Below are positions 7,483 through 15,704 of a stretch of DNA of 35,629 bases, one piece after another. Position 1 is the first letter of the stretch; each line of letters opens with the position of its first letter. The stretch comes from Dermatophilaceae bacterium. GTDB taxonomy: Bacteria > Actinomycetota > Actinomycetes > Actinomycetales > Dermatophilaceae. The notes below the pieces were generated by a model, which saw nothing but the letters and a program-made list of their open reading frames with translations, had not been told where the DNA came from and did not search any database. Made by a program: the position numbers and the translations under genes. The stretch is taken from assembly GCA_051650465.1 (NCBI GenBank), contig JBOFJB010000371.1, positions 1-35,629 of the forward strand, given 5' to 3'.

Positions 7483-7514
7483 ACAACGACCTGGTCTCGA
7501 GCCGAGGGGAACGC

Positions 7515-10500
7515 GTGACGAACAGCTCAGTCGATCGCCGTGGTCCAAGCACTGCCACCGGAGCAGGTTCCGGCTCGGCCGTCGCCCTCACCGACCTCCA
7601 GGTCGCCTATCTTCTCGGGCGCCGCCCCGGCCCGGCCCTGGGCGGCATCCGCGCGTGCACCGGAGTCGAGATCCTCGTGCACGACGTCGACGACCGGGCG
7701 CTCGCAGCGTCGTACGCCGCGGTCACGGGGCGCTACGACGTCGTGGGCACCTCGGTCGTCGCCGAGGAGGCCCAGCTGCTGACACCACCCTCGCCACTGC
7801 GGCTGGACCTGGTCGACCTCAGCGGCGCCGAGCCGGCAGCACGCGAGGCCGCGCTCACCCGGGCGAGGGCAGCGCTCGAGGAGGCGCCGGATGCCGCGAT
7901 GCGGGCATCGGCGTACCGGGTCGGCGACGCGGTCCACGTCTTCGTCGTCATCGACCTGGTGCTGCTCGACCTGCCTGGTCTGCAGCAGGTGCTGGACGCG
8001 TGGGCCGCAGAGCTTCGCCGACCTACGCGGAGCCCGGACCCGGGTGCGCTGGGCGGCCTCGGTGACCAGCTGCGTGCCGTCGAGGCCGACACCTCAGGGC
8101 CGGCCGGTGAGCGCGCCCGCCGCCGATGGGAGGACGAGCTCGACACCCTGCCACCCGCGCCGGAGCTGCCGCTGGCCACTGCCCCGGAGTCCCTGGCGGG
8201 GCCGGCCGCACGTCACCTGACCTCGCGCATCTCGGCCGACGTCTGGACGCAGCTGCATGCCACAGCCAGGGCGAACGGCATCGACCCGGAGACGCTGCCG
8301 CTCCTCGCCCTCACCGAGGTCGTGCGCACGTGGTCGAAGGAGCCCGACTTCCGCCTCGCCGTGAGCTCGCGGCACCGCCCACCACCCGCCGACTCCCCGC
8401 CGGCGGCCGGTCAGCTCACCGTTCCCGGCATCGTGTCCGTCCGGGCGGCATCCACGTCCACCCTGCGCGAGCGGGCCGAGGCACTGCAGGAGCAGGCACG
8501 ACGGGCCGCCGACCTGAACGCCTACAGCGGCATCCAGGTGATGCGAGACCTCACCCGGCGACACGGCGGAACGCGCGCGACCGCCCCGGTGGTCCACACC
8601 TCCACTCTGGGTACCGGCGTTCCCGACGGGATCGGCGCCCTGGGCGAGCTGGTCACCCTCTCGACGAGGACCCCCCAGGTGTGGCTGGAGCACCAGGTGG
8701 TGGCGACCGGCGGCGGCCTGACGATCGGCTGGCACACCGTGGACGGCCTGCTCCGTCCCGGCGTCCTCGAGGCGATGGTGTCGGCTCACGACGAGCTCCT
8801 GCGGCGGATGGCGACCGACCCGGCGGTGTGGGACACGGCGGGCCGAGTGGTCGACCTGCCGGCCGACGCGGCCACCGAGCAGGCCGCGGTCAACGACACC
8901 GCGAGCGACATCCCACCGGCGCGGCTGCACGACCTGGTGGCGAACGCCGCCCGGCGTCATCCGAACGCCCCGGCCGTCATCCACGGGGACACCGTGACGA
9001 CGCACGGCACCCTGCACGATCGCGCCCTCCGGCTCGCCGGGCGGATCCAAGCCGTCGCCGCACCGCAGCCCGGCGAGCTGGTGGCCGTGATGCTCGGGGC
9101 CGGCACCGACCAGCTCGTGGCCGTCCTCGCCGTCCTGCACGCCGGCGGCGCCTACGTCGTCGTCGACCCGGCCCTGCCCGCCATCCGCCGTCGCGCGTTG
9201 ATCGAGCGCTGCCAGGTGTCGGTCGTCGTCAGCCGGGCGCAGGACGCGGCGGACACGGTGCCCGACGGCGTCACGGTGGTGCCGCCGACCGCGTCGCCGG
9301 ACCTGCCGACAGACGTGTCGGCGGGCCCGCCAACGGATGTGCCGGGAGCCGAGGACGGCGGCCCGCGGACCCCGGACGACCTGGCCTACGTCATCTTCAC
9401 CTCCGGCTCGACCGGCGAGCCGAAGGGCGTGGCGATCACCCACCGCAGTGCCGCGAACACGGTGCAGGACATCGTGCGCCGCTTCGACGTCACCGAGCGG
9501 GACCGCGTCCTGGCGCTCGCGCCGAGCACGTTCGACCTCTCCGTCTTCGACATCTTCGGCGTGCTCGGAGCCGGCGGGGCCGTCGTCATCCCCGACGCCG
9601 ACCGGGCCGGTGACCCCGACCACTGGGTCGACCTGGTCTCCGACCACGACGTCACGCTGTGGAACACCGTCCCGGCCCCGATGCGGCTGTACGCCGACGC
9701 GCTCGCCCGGCGCGCCGCCGATGGCCCGGTCACCGGGCCGCGCCTCGTGCTGCTCAGCGGCGACTGGATCCCGCTCGACCTGCCCGACCGCGTCCGCGAC
9801 GTGCTGCCGGATGCCGAGGTCGTCTCCCTCGGCGGCGCCACCGAGGGCTCGATCTGGTCCATCTGCCACCGGATCCGCGACGTCGACCCCAGCTGGACCA
9901 GCATCCCCTACGGGCGCGCGCTCGCGAATCAGACGATGCACGTCCTGGACCGATGGCGGCAGCCGTGCCCGACCTGGGTCACCGGCGAGATCCACATCGG
10001 CGGCGCCGGGGTCGCGGCTGGCTACTGGCGCGACGAGACCCGCACGGCCGAGCGCTTCATCCGGTCTCCCCGGACTGGCGCGCGGCTCTACCGCACCGGC
10101 GACCTCGGCCGGTTCCTCCCCGGCGGCGACATCGAGATCCTCGGCCGCGAGGACCTCCAGGTGAAGATCAACGGCTACCGGGTCGAGCTCGGCGAGGTGG
10201 AGGCGTGCCTGGCCGCCCTGCCCGGGGTCGACCAGGTCGTCGTCAGCGCACCGCCCCACCCGGGCACGGGCCAACGACAGGTGATCGCCCACGTCGTGCT
10301 CCGCGAGGACGGTCCCGACGAGGACGGCCCCGACGAGGCGGCGGTGCGGGCAGCAGCCGGGCAGCAGCTGCCCTCGTACATGGTGCCGAGCCGGGTCTTA
10401 CCGGTGCCGGCGGTGCCGCTCACCCCGAACGGCAAGGTCGACCGGGCCGCCCTCCCCGTGCCCTGGGGAGCCGACGAGCCGGCCCGGCCGGAGCCCGCGA

Positions 10501-10739
10501 GCCCCGTCGAGTCCGCGCTGCGGCAGATCTGGGTCGCCCAGCTCGGACACGACGAGTTCGGCACCGCCGACGGCTTCTTCGACGCGGGCGGCGACTCGCT
10601 GCACGCGGTCGGCATCCTGCGGGAGCTGCGCGAGCGGCTCTCGCTCTCCCCCGACCTGGAGCCGGACCTCGCCGAGGCGCTGTTCACGAACAGCGACATC
10701 GCCGGACTCGCCGAGATCATCGAGCGGGATGCCGCGTGA
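7515..10739 (+). CDS. Single-module NRPS, Cy-A-T (heterocyclization, Cys-type adenylation, thiolation); HlmE-like
   Basis: Cy motifs: LTDLQVAYLLGR, DLVLLDLPG (DxxxxD in place of HHxxxDG), LPPAPELP, TPQVWLEHQ. A motifs: LAYVIFTSGSTGEPKG, SLGGATEGSIWS, YRTGDLGRF, GREDLQVKINGYRVELGEVE, PLTPNGKVDR. T motif: FFDAGGDSLHAV. The specificity positions read by motif register give D-L-F-N-L-S-L-I-W-K, against the Cys code DLYNLSLIWK. The start is GTG 7515 after GAGGGGA. The track extension to 6972 overlaps the ligase gene. Confidence 0.9.
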   Translation: MTNSSVDRRGPSTATGAGSGSAVALTDLQVAYLLGRRPGPALGGIRACTGVEILVHDVDDRALAASYAAVTGRYDVVGTSVVAEEAQLLTPPSPLRLDLVDLSGAEPAAREAALTRARAALEEAPDAAMRASAYRVGDAVHVFVVIDLVLLDLPGLQQVLDAWAAELRRPTRSPDPGALGGLGDQLRAVEADTSGPAGERARRRWEDELDTLPPAPELPLATAPESLAGPAARHLTSRISADVWTQLHATARANGIDPETLPLLALTEVVRTWSKEPDFRLAVSSRHRPPPADSPPAAGQLTVPGIVSVRAASTSTLRERAEALQEQARRAADLNAYSGIQVMRDLTRRHGGTRATAPVVHTSTLGTGVPDGIGALGELVTLSTRTPQVWLEHQVVATGGGLTIGWHTVDGLLRPGVLEAMVSAHDELLRRMATDPAVWDTAGRVVDLPADAATEQAAVNDTASDIPPARLHDLVANAARRHPNAPAVIHGDTVTTHGTLHDRALRLAGRIQAVAAPQPGELVAVMLGAGTDQLVAVLAVLHAGGAYVVVDPALPAIRRRALIERCQVSVVVSRAQDAADTVPDGVTVVPPTASPDLPTDVSAGPPTDVPGAEDGGPRTPDDLAYVIFTSGSTGEPKGVAITHRSAANTVQDIVRRFDVTERDRVLALAPSTFDLSVFDIFGVLGAGGAVVIPDADRAGDPDHWVDLVSDHDVTLWNTVPAPMRLYADALARRAADGPVTGPRLVLLSGDWIPLDLPDRVRDVLPDAEVVSLGGATEGSIWSICHRIRDVDPSWTSIPYGRALANQTMHVLDRWRQPCPTWVTGEIHIGGAGVAAGYWRDETRTAERFIRSPRTGARLYRTGDLGRFLPGGDIEILGREDLQVKINGYRVELGEVEACLAALPGVDQVVVSAPPHPGTGQRQVIAHVVLREDGPDEDGPDEAAVRAAAGQQLPSYMVPSRVLPVPAVPLTPNGKVDRAALPVPWGADEPARPEPASPVESALRQIWVAQLGHDEFGTADGFFDAGGDSLHAVGILRELRERLSLSPDLEPDLAEALFTNSDIAGLAEIIERDAA

Positions 10740-12319
10740 CACGGGCGGGGTACGACCACGTGGTGATCGGCGGCGGGTCCGCGGGGTGCGTGCTGGCGGC
10801 GCGGCTCGCCGAGGCCGGACACGAGGTGCTGCTGCTCGAGAGCGGGCCCGACCGTACCGCCGGCGACCGGCCGGACGATCCGCTCCAGGACGCCTCGCGG
10901 CTCGTGCTCTCAGGCCACAACTGGGACCATCGGGTGAACCTGCACGGTTCGAACCGCTTCGAGCGGCTGGTCGCCGGCGACTCCGACGGGTCGACGGCCG
11001 CCACGGCATCCCGGTCGTCGCGGTCGCCCTACCCGCTCGGCAGGGTGATCGGCGGGTCGTCGGCGGTCAACGGCGCTCTCGCGCTCCGTGCGCTGCCACG
11101 CGACCTCGACCGCTGGGCCGAGCCCAGCGATGGCGCGTGGTCCTGGGACCAGGCCGCGCCGTGGTATGACCGGCTCGACCGGGAGGTGCCGATCACCCGT
11201 CCGGACGTGGCGACCCTGCATCCGGTCGATGCGGCCTTCCTCGCAGCGTGCCGGGCGCGTTCGGTCCCCGAGACCGACCTCAACGCCGGCGACCGCCCGG
11301 ACGGCCGCGGCGTGGGGGCCGCGCCCGGCAACGCCGTGGCCGGCCGTCGCGTCGACGCCGCCACGACGCACCTGCGTCCGGCGCGGTCGTCGCGTTCGCT
11401 CACGGTGCGGGGCGGCGTCCACGTCGACCGGGTCGAGATCCGACGCGGCCGCGTCGCAGGAGTGCGGGCCCTGGGCGCCGACGGCCCGGAGTCGGTCGCG
11501 ACGGGGTCGGTGCTGCTGTGCGCGGGCGCGATCGGCTCGCCCACGGTGCTCCAGCGCAGCGGTATCGGCCATCCGGGGCACCTGAGGCGGCTCGGTATCC
11601 CGGTCGTCGTGGACGCGCCGGCTGTCGGCGCCGACCTGGCCGACCACGTCTCGCTCGTCATCTGGGCCCGCGGCCACGGCGCTCCGGCCCCCCGCGACCG
11701 GTGGCGCGACGTGCTCGCCCGGCTGCCCGGCGGGCACGACCACGAGGTCGACGTGCAGATGGGGACGCTGCACGACGTCGACCCCGCCGCGATCCCCGGC
11801 TTCGCGGGTCGACTGCGCGGTACGGCCTTGCTCGGCATGTCGACGATGCTCATGCGCCCGGTGTCGCGCGGCAGGGTGTTCGTCACCACGCCGGACCCGC
11901 TGGCCCTGCCCGCCGTCGAGCTCGGGCTGCTCACCGAACGCGAGGACCTGAGCCGGCTCGCGGCCGGTGTCGCCACCGCGTGGGAGCTGCTGTGCGAACC
12001 ACCGGTGTCGCGCCAGGTGGCACAGGTGTACTCGTGGTCGGCCGGGATCGTGCAGCGGCCCGAGTCGCTGCGGTCGGCGGTCCGCCACCTCGCCGGCCCG
12101 GGCTGGCACGCGGCCGGGACCGCCGCGATGGGCCGAGTGGTCGACGGATGGTGTCGTGTAGCCGGTGTCGACGGCCTCCGCGTGGTCGACGCCTCGGTGT
12201 TCCCGACCATCCCCAGCACACCGACGAACCTCACCACGATGATGCTCGCCGAGCGGGTGGCCGCCGCGCTGGTCGGCGCATCGACACCCGCCGTCGCTGC
12301 CGGGGCGGTGGCGCGATGA
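10736..12319 (+). CDS. GMC-family FAD oxidoreductase; HlmD-like
   Basis: GYDHVVIGGGSAGCVLAARLAE (the ADP-binding fold), a C-terminal HAAGTAAMG and PTNLTTMMLAE are present. The GTG start overlaps the NRPS stop (GTGA). Confidence 0.9.
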   Translation: MTRAGYDHVVIGGGSAGCVLAARLAEAGHEVLLLESGPDRTAGDRPDDPLQDASRLVLSGHNWDHRVNLHGSNRFERLVAGDSDGSTAATASRSSRSPYPLGRVIGGSSAVNGALALRALPRDLDRWAEPSDGAWSWDQAAPWYDRLDREVPITRPDVATLHPVDAAFLAACRARSVPETDLNAGDRPDGRGVGAAPGNAVAGRRVDAATTHLRPARSSRSLTVRGGVHVDRVEIRRGRVAGVRALGADGPESVATGSVLLCAGAIGSPTVLQRSGIGHPGHLRRLGIPVVVDAPAVGADLADHVSLVIWARGHGAPAPRDRWRDVLARLPGGHDHEVDVQMGTLHDVDPAAIPGFAGRLRGTALLGMSTMLMRPVSRGRVFVTTPDPLALPAVELGLLTEREDLSRLAAGVATAWELLCEPPVSRQVAQVYSWSAGIVQRPESLRSAVRHLAGPGWHAAGTAAMGRVVDGWCRVAGVDGLRVVDASVFPTIPSTPTNLTTMMLAERVAAALVGASTPAVAAGAVAR

Positions 12320-13029
12320 CCGGCGTGCCCGTCTTCTGCTTCCCCCACGCCGGCGCCACCTCGGCGACGATGCGGCACTGGCCGGCGCTCTCCGGCGCCG
12401 ATCTCGACATCCGGCCGGTGGACCGCCCGGGACGTGGCCGCCTGGGCCGGGAGCCGGCCGGGCGCGACGCCGACGCCGTGGTGGCGCGCAGCGCCGAGGT
12501 CGTCGCGGAGCAGGTGCGGCCCGGCGACCGGTGGGTGTGCCTCGGACACAGCTTCGGCTCCCTGCTCGCCGCGGCCACGGCCGCCGAGGTGGCGCGGCGC
12601 ACCGGTCACGCCGCCGACCTCGTCGTGGTGTCGGCCGGCCCGCCCCCCGCCTGGCAGCCCACCGAGGACGAGATCGCACCCCTGGACGACGCCGCGCTCG
12701 ACGACCATCTCGTCGGCATCGGCGACACCCCGCGCACCGTGCTCGCGGGCCCGCTCGGCGCGGTGCTGCGCCGCCACTTCCGTGAGGACCAGGCGCTGCG
12801 GTGCCAGCTCGCCGGCCGACGCGACCTCAGGCTCACGACCGGGCTGCTCGCGGTCGCCGCCAGCGAGGACCCCTACGTCCCGGCCGGGCGGATGGCCGAC
12901 TGGGCGCCGCACACCAGGGGCCCGTTCGACCAGCTGACGGTCCACGGCGACCACTTCGCCGTGGTGCGCGACCCGAGCGAGGTGCTGGCCGTCATCCGCG
13001 GCAGGGTGCTGGAGGGGAGCCGAGCATGA
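12316..13029 (+). CDS. Type II thioesterase; HlmC-like
   Basis: VFCFPHAGATSATMRHW and the GHSFG nucleophile elbow are present. There is an ATGA overlap with the GMC gene stop. Confidence 0.85.
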   Translation: MTGVPVFCFPHAGATSATMRHWPALSGADLDIRPVDRPGRGRLGREPAGRDADAVVARSAEVVAEQVRPGDRWVCLGHSFGSLLAAATAAEVARRTGHAADLVVVSAGPPPAWQPTEDEIAPLDDAALDDHLVGIGDTPRTVLAGPLGAVLRRHFREDQALRCQLAGRRDLRLTTGLLAVAASEDPYVPAGRMADWAPHTRGPFDQLTVHGDHFAVVRDPSEVLAVIRGRVLEGSRA

Positions 13030-14159
13030 CCACGACGACCCTCCCTGGGCTCGACACCTTCCGGGCCACGGTGCGCGAGGTGCTGCACGAGCACGCCACG
13101 CCACACCACGACGCGTGGGAGCGCGAGGGGCGGACGCCGCGCGAGTTCTGGCGTGCCGCGGGCGCGGGCGGCCTGCTCGCGCCGGCCGCACCCCCGGAGC
13201 TCGGCGGTGCCGGGCTCACCGACCCGAGGTACGCGGCAGCCGTCGCGGAAGAGCTCGTGCGGGCCGGGCTGACCGCGCCCGGGATCGTCGCGCACAACGA
13301 CGTGGCGACCTCGTACGTCCTCGGCCGGGGCAGCTCCGAGCAGCGACGACGGTGGATGCCGGGCCTGGTCACCGGGGAGTGTGTGGCCGCCATCGCGATC
13401 ACCGAGCCGGGGGGTGGCTCCGACGTCGCAGCCATGGCCACCACGGCACGCCGCGACGGCGACCACTATGTGCTCGACGGCCGGAAGTCGTTCATCACCA
13501 ACGGCGAGACGGCCGATCTCGTGGTTGTCGCGGCCCGCACCGGCGACGGCCCGCGGGGCCTCAGCCTGGTCGTGGTGGAGCGGGGGACGCCGGGGCTCAC
13601 CCGTGGCGAGCAGCTCCCCACCCTGGGCTGGCGGGCGAACGACACCTGCGACCTGCGGTTCGACGGATGCCGGGTGCCGGCCGCCAACCTGCTGGGTAGC
13701 GAGGGCGCGGCCACCGCGGTGCTCATGCGCGCACTGCCCGCGGAGCGGGTGAGCATCGCGACGGTCGCGGTGACCTCGGCCGAGATGACCCTCGCCGCGG
13801 CCTTGACCCACGCACGCACCCGGACCGCGTTCGGCGGACCGATCGGCAGCCTTCAGCACAACCGGTTCGTGCTCGCGACGCTGGACACCGAGGTCACCAT
13901 CGCCCGGGTCTTCCTGGACCACTGCCTCGCGCAGCACGCCGCCGGCCGGCTCTCGGTCGCCGACGCGGCGAAGGCGAAGTGGTGGTGTACCGAGCTGCAG
14001 ACCCGCGTCGCCGACCGTGCCGTGCAGCTGCTCGGCGGACGCGGCTACCTCGACGACAACCCGGTGTCGCGGGAGTGGCTGAACAGTCGTGTGCAGACCA
14101 TCTACGGCGGCCCGACCGAGGTGATGAAGGAGCTGATCGGCCGCTCGCTCGGCCTCTGA
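13026..14159 (+). CDS. Acyl-CoA dehydrogenase family flavoenzyme; HlmB-like
   Basis: AAIAITEPGGGSDVA, KSFITNG and a C-terminal TIYGGPTEVMKELIGRSL are present. There is an ATGA overlap with the thioesterase stop. Confidence 0.9.
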   Translation: MTTTTLPGLDTFRATVREVLHEHATPHHDAWEREGRTPREFWRAAGAGGLLAPAAPPELGGAGLTDPRYAAAVAEELVRAGLTAPGIVAHNDVATSYVLGRGSSEQRRRWMPGLVTGECVAAIAITEPGGGSDVAAMATTARRDGDHYVLDGRKSFITNGETADLVVVAARTGDGPRGLSLVVVERGTPGLTRGEQLPTLGWRANDTCDLRFDGCRVPAANLLGSEGAATAVLMRALPAERVSIATVAVTSAEMTLAAALTHARTRTAFGGPIGSLQHNRFVLATLDTEVTIARVFLDHCLAQHAAGRLSVADAAKAKWWCTELQTRVADRAVQLLGGRGYLDDNPVSREWLNSRVQTIYGGPTEVMKELIGRSLGL

Positions 14160-14172
14160 CCAGGGCCTCTTC

Positions 14173-14280
14173 CCGAACCGACCGAACCGACGATCCCGAC
14201 CAACCAGCCGAACCCGACCGAACCGACGATCCCGACTAACCCGCCGAACCCGACCACAGCGACCCGAACCGACCGAACCC
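14173..14280. repeat. About 36-bp tandem repeat, about 3 copies, rich in CCGAAC/CCGACC hexamers; lies in the only sizeable gap of the operon
   Basis: The copies are ccgaaccgaccgaaccgacgatcccgaccaaccag, ccgaacccgaccgaaccgacgatcccgactaacccg and a degenerate third copy. Confidence 0.8.
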
Positions 14281-14315
14281 GCGCTGATCCCGATCCGACC
14301 CAGCAGGAGGACACG

Positions 14316-15230
14316 ATGACCACCGTCGACGACTCGTTGCAGCACCACAACCGCGAGGCCGGCCGCAGCACCTACGACATGTCCGGCTTCACCGTCGAGG
14401 TCGCCACCGCGCAGGACTGGCAGATCGTCACCGAGTGGGGCAACGGCGAGAACTGGAACATCGGCCCCCAGGACGCCGAGTGCTTCCGGACGATCGACCC
14501 GGAGGGCTTCTTCCTCGGCCGGGTCGAGGGCCGGCCGGTGTCGGCGGTCTCGCTGCTCAACTACTCCGACGACTTCGCGGTGTGGGGCCACTACCTCGTC
14601 GCACCCGACGAGCGCGGCAAGGGTTACGGCATCGAGGTGTGCAAGACCGCCAGCCGGCACTCCGGCCAGCGGGTCACCGCCGGTGACGCGATGCCCGAGC
14701 AGGTCGACAACTACGCCAAGGACGGCTCCCGGCCCGCGCACCGCACCGTGCACTGGTTCGGCACGGTCGCCCCGACCGACTCGGAGCCGGCGGACAGCAT
14801 CCGCGAGGTGACCGCGGCCGACCTGAATGCCGTCGCCGACTACGAGGCCGAGGCGTTCCCCGCCCACCGCCGCCGGTTCCTGGAACGGTGGCTCTTCGCC
14901 GACGGGCACCGCGCGCTGCTCGCGACCGGCGCGGATGGCGCGGTCGCCGGCTTCGGCGTGGTGCGGCCTGCACCGCGGGGCCATCGGGTCGGCCCGCTGG
15001 TGGCGAACACGCCGGAGCTGGCCGGGGCGCTGCTGCGCGCCCTGGTCGCCGGACTGCCCGCGGGAGAGGAGCTGTCGGTGTTCGCACCCGACCACAACGA
15101 GGCGACCGAGGGCCTGCTGCGCTCGGCCGGCCTCGCCCCGCACTTCCACGTGGTGCGCATGTATCGCGGCGAGCCGCGTCCGCACCACGCCGAGCGGGTC
15201 TACGCCATCAGCAGCCTGGAGGTGGGCTGA
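14316..15230 (+). CDS. GNAT-family N-acyltransferase (two-lobed); candidate HlmA/HolE-type holothin acyltransferase
   Basis: ATG lies 6 nt after AGGAGG. HYLVAPDERGKGYGIEV is a GNAT motif-A-like Q/RxxGxG/A segment, and the C-terminal half resembles the second acetyltransferase-like lobe. The functional assignment rests on context only. Confidence 0.7.
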   Translation: MTTVDDSLQHHNREAGRSTYDMSGFTVEVATAQDWQIVTEWGNGENWNIGPQDAECFRTIDPEGFFLGRVEGRPVSAVSLLNYSDDFAVWGHYLVAPDERGKGYGIEVCKTASRHSGQRVTAGDAMPEQVDNYAKDGSRPAHRTVHWFGTVAPTDSEPADSIREVTAADLNAVADYEAEAFPAHRRRFLERWLFADGHRALLATGADGAVAGFGVVRPAPRGHRVGPLVANTPELAGALLRALVAGLPAGEELSVFAPDHNEATEGLLRSAGLAPHFHVVRMYRGEPRPHHAERVYAISSLEVG

Positions 15231-15691
15231 TGGCCGAGGTGCCCACCCTGTACGAGTGGGTGGGCGGACAGCAGGTGCTGGACCGGCTGATGACCGAGTT
15301 CTATCGCACCGTGCGGCAGGACGAGCTGCTCAGGCCGCTGTTCGCCCACATGCCCGCCGACCACCCGCAGCATGTCGCGATGTGGTTCGCCGAGGTGTTC
15401 GGCGGCCCCGCCCGCTACTCCGCCGAACGCGGTGGCTTCGCGGTGATGCGCGGCCATCACGTCGGGAAGGACATCACGCCGGAGCAGCGTGAGCGATGGG
15501 TGAGCCTGCTGCTGCGCGCGGCCGACACCGTCGGCATCCCGGATGACGCCGAGTTCCGGTCCGCGTTCGCCGCGTACGTGGAGTGGGGGTCCCGGCGGGC
15601 GATGGCGAACTCCAGGCCGGGCGCGCCCCTGTCGTCCCGCACCGACGCACCGATCTGGGGCTGGGGCGAGGCCCCGCCCGGCACCGACTGA
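15230..15691 (+). CDS. Group II truncated hemoglobin-like globin; HlmG-like
   Basis: PTLYEWVGGQQVLDRLMTEFYRTVRQDELLRPLF and HVAMWFAEVFGGPARY are typical of trHb/YjbI-type globins. The ATG shares 1 nt with the GNAT stop (TGATG). Confidence 0.8.
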   Translation: MAEVPTLYEWVGGQQVLDRLMTEFYRTVRQDELLRPLFAHMPADHPQHVAMWFAEVFGGPARYSAERGGFAVMRGHHVGKDITPEQRERWVSLLLRAADTVGIPDDAEFRSAFAAYVEWGSRRAMANSRPGAPLSSRTDAPIWGWGEAPPGTD

Positions 15692-15704
15692 GTGAGGACA
15701 CCGA

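Noticed and set aside
6972-7514. N-terminal extension of the NRPS ORF as a possible aryl-carrier (ArCP) domain that would supply the missing donor carrier.
   Set aside because: The extension is entirely antisense to the well-supported ligase gene. It has no GGxS carrier motif and is Arg/Gly-rich. A GTG with a GAGGGGA ribosome-binding site at 7515 sits just before the first Cy motif.
7461-7514. IdeR/DtxR iron box at the NRPS promoter, the usual iron regulator in high-GC Gram-positives.
   Set aside because: Nothing resembles TTAGGTTAGGCTAACCTAA. The palindrome present is of the Fur-family 7-1-7 type instead.
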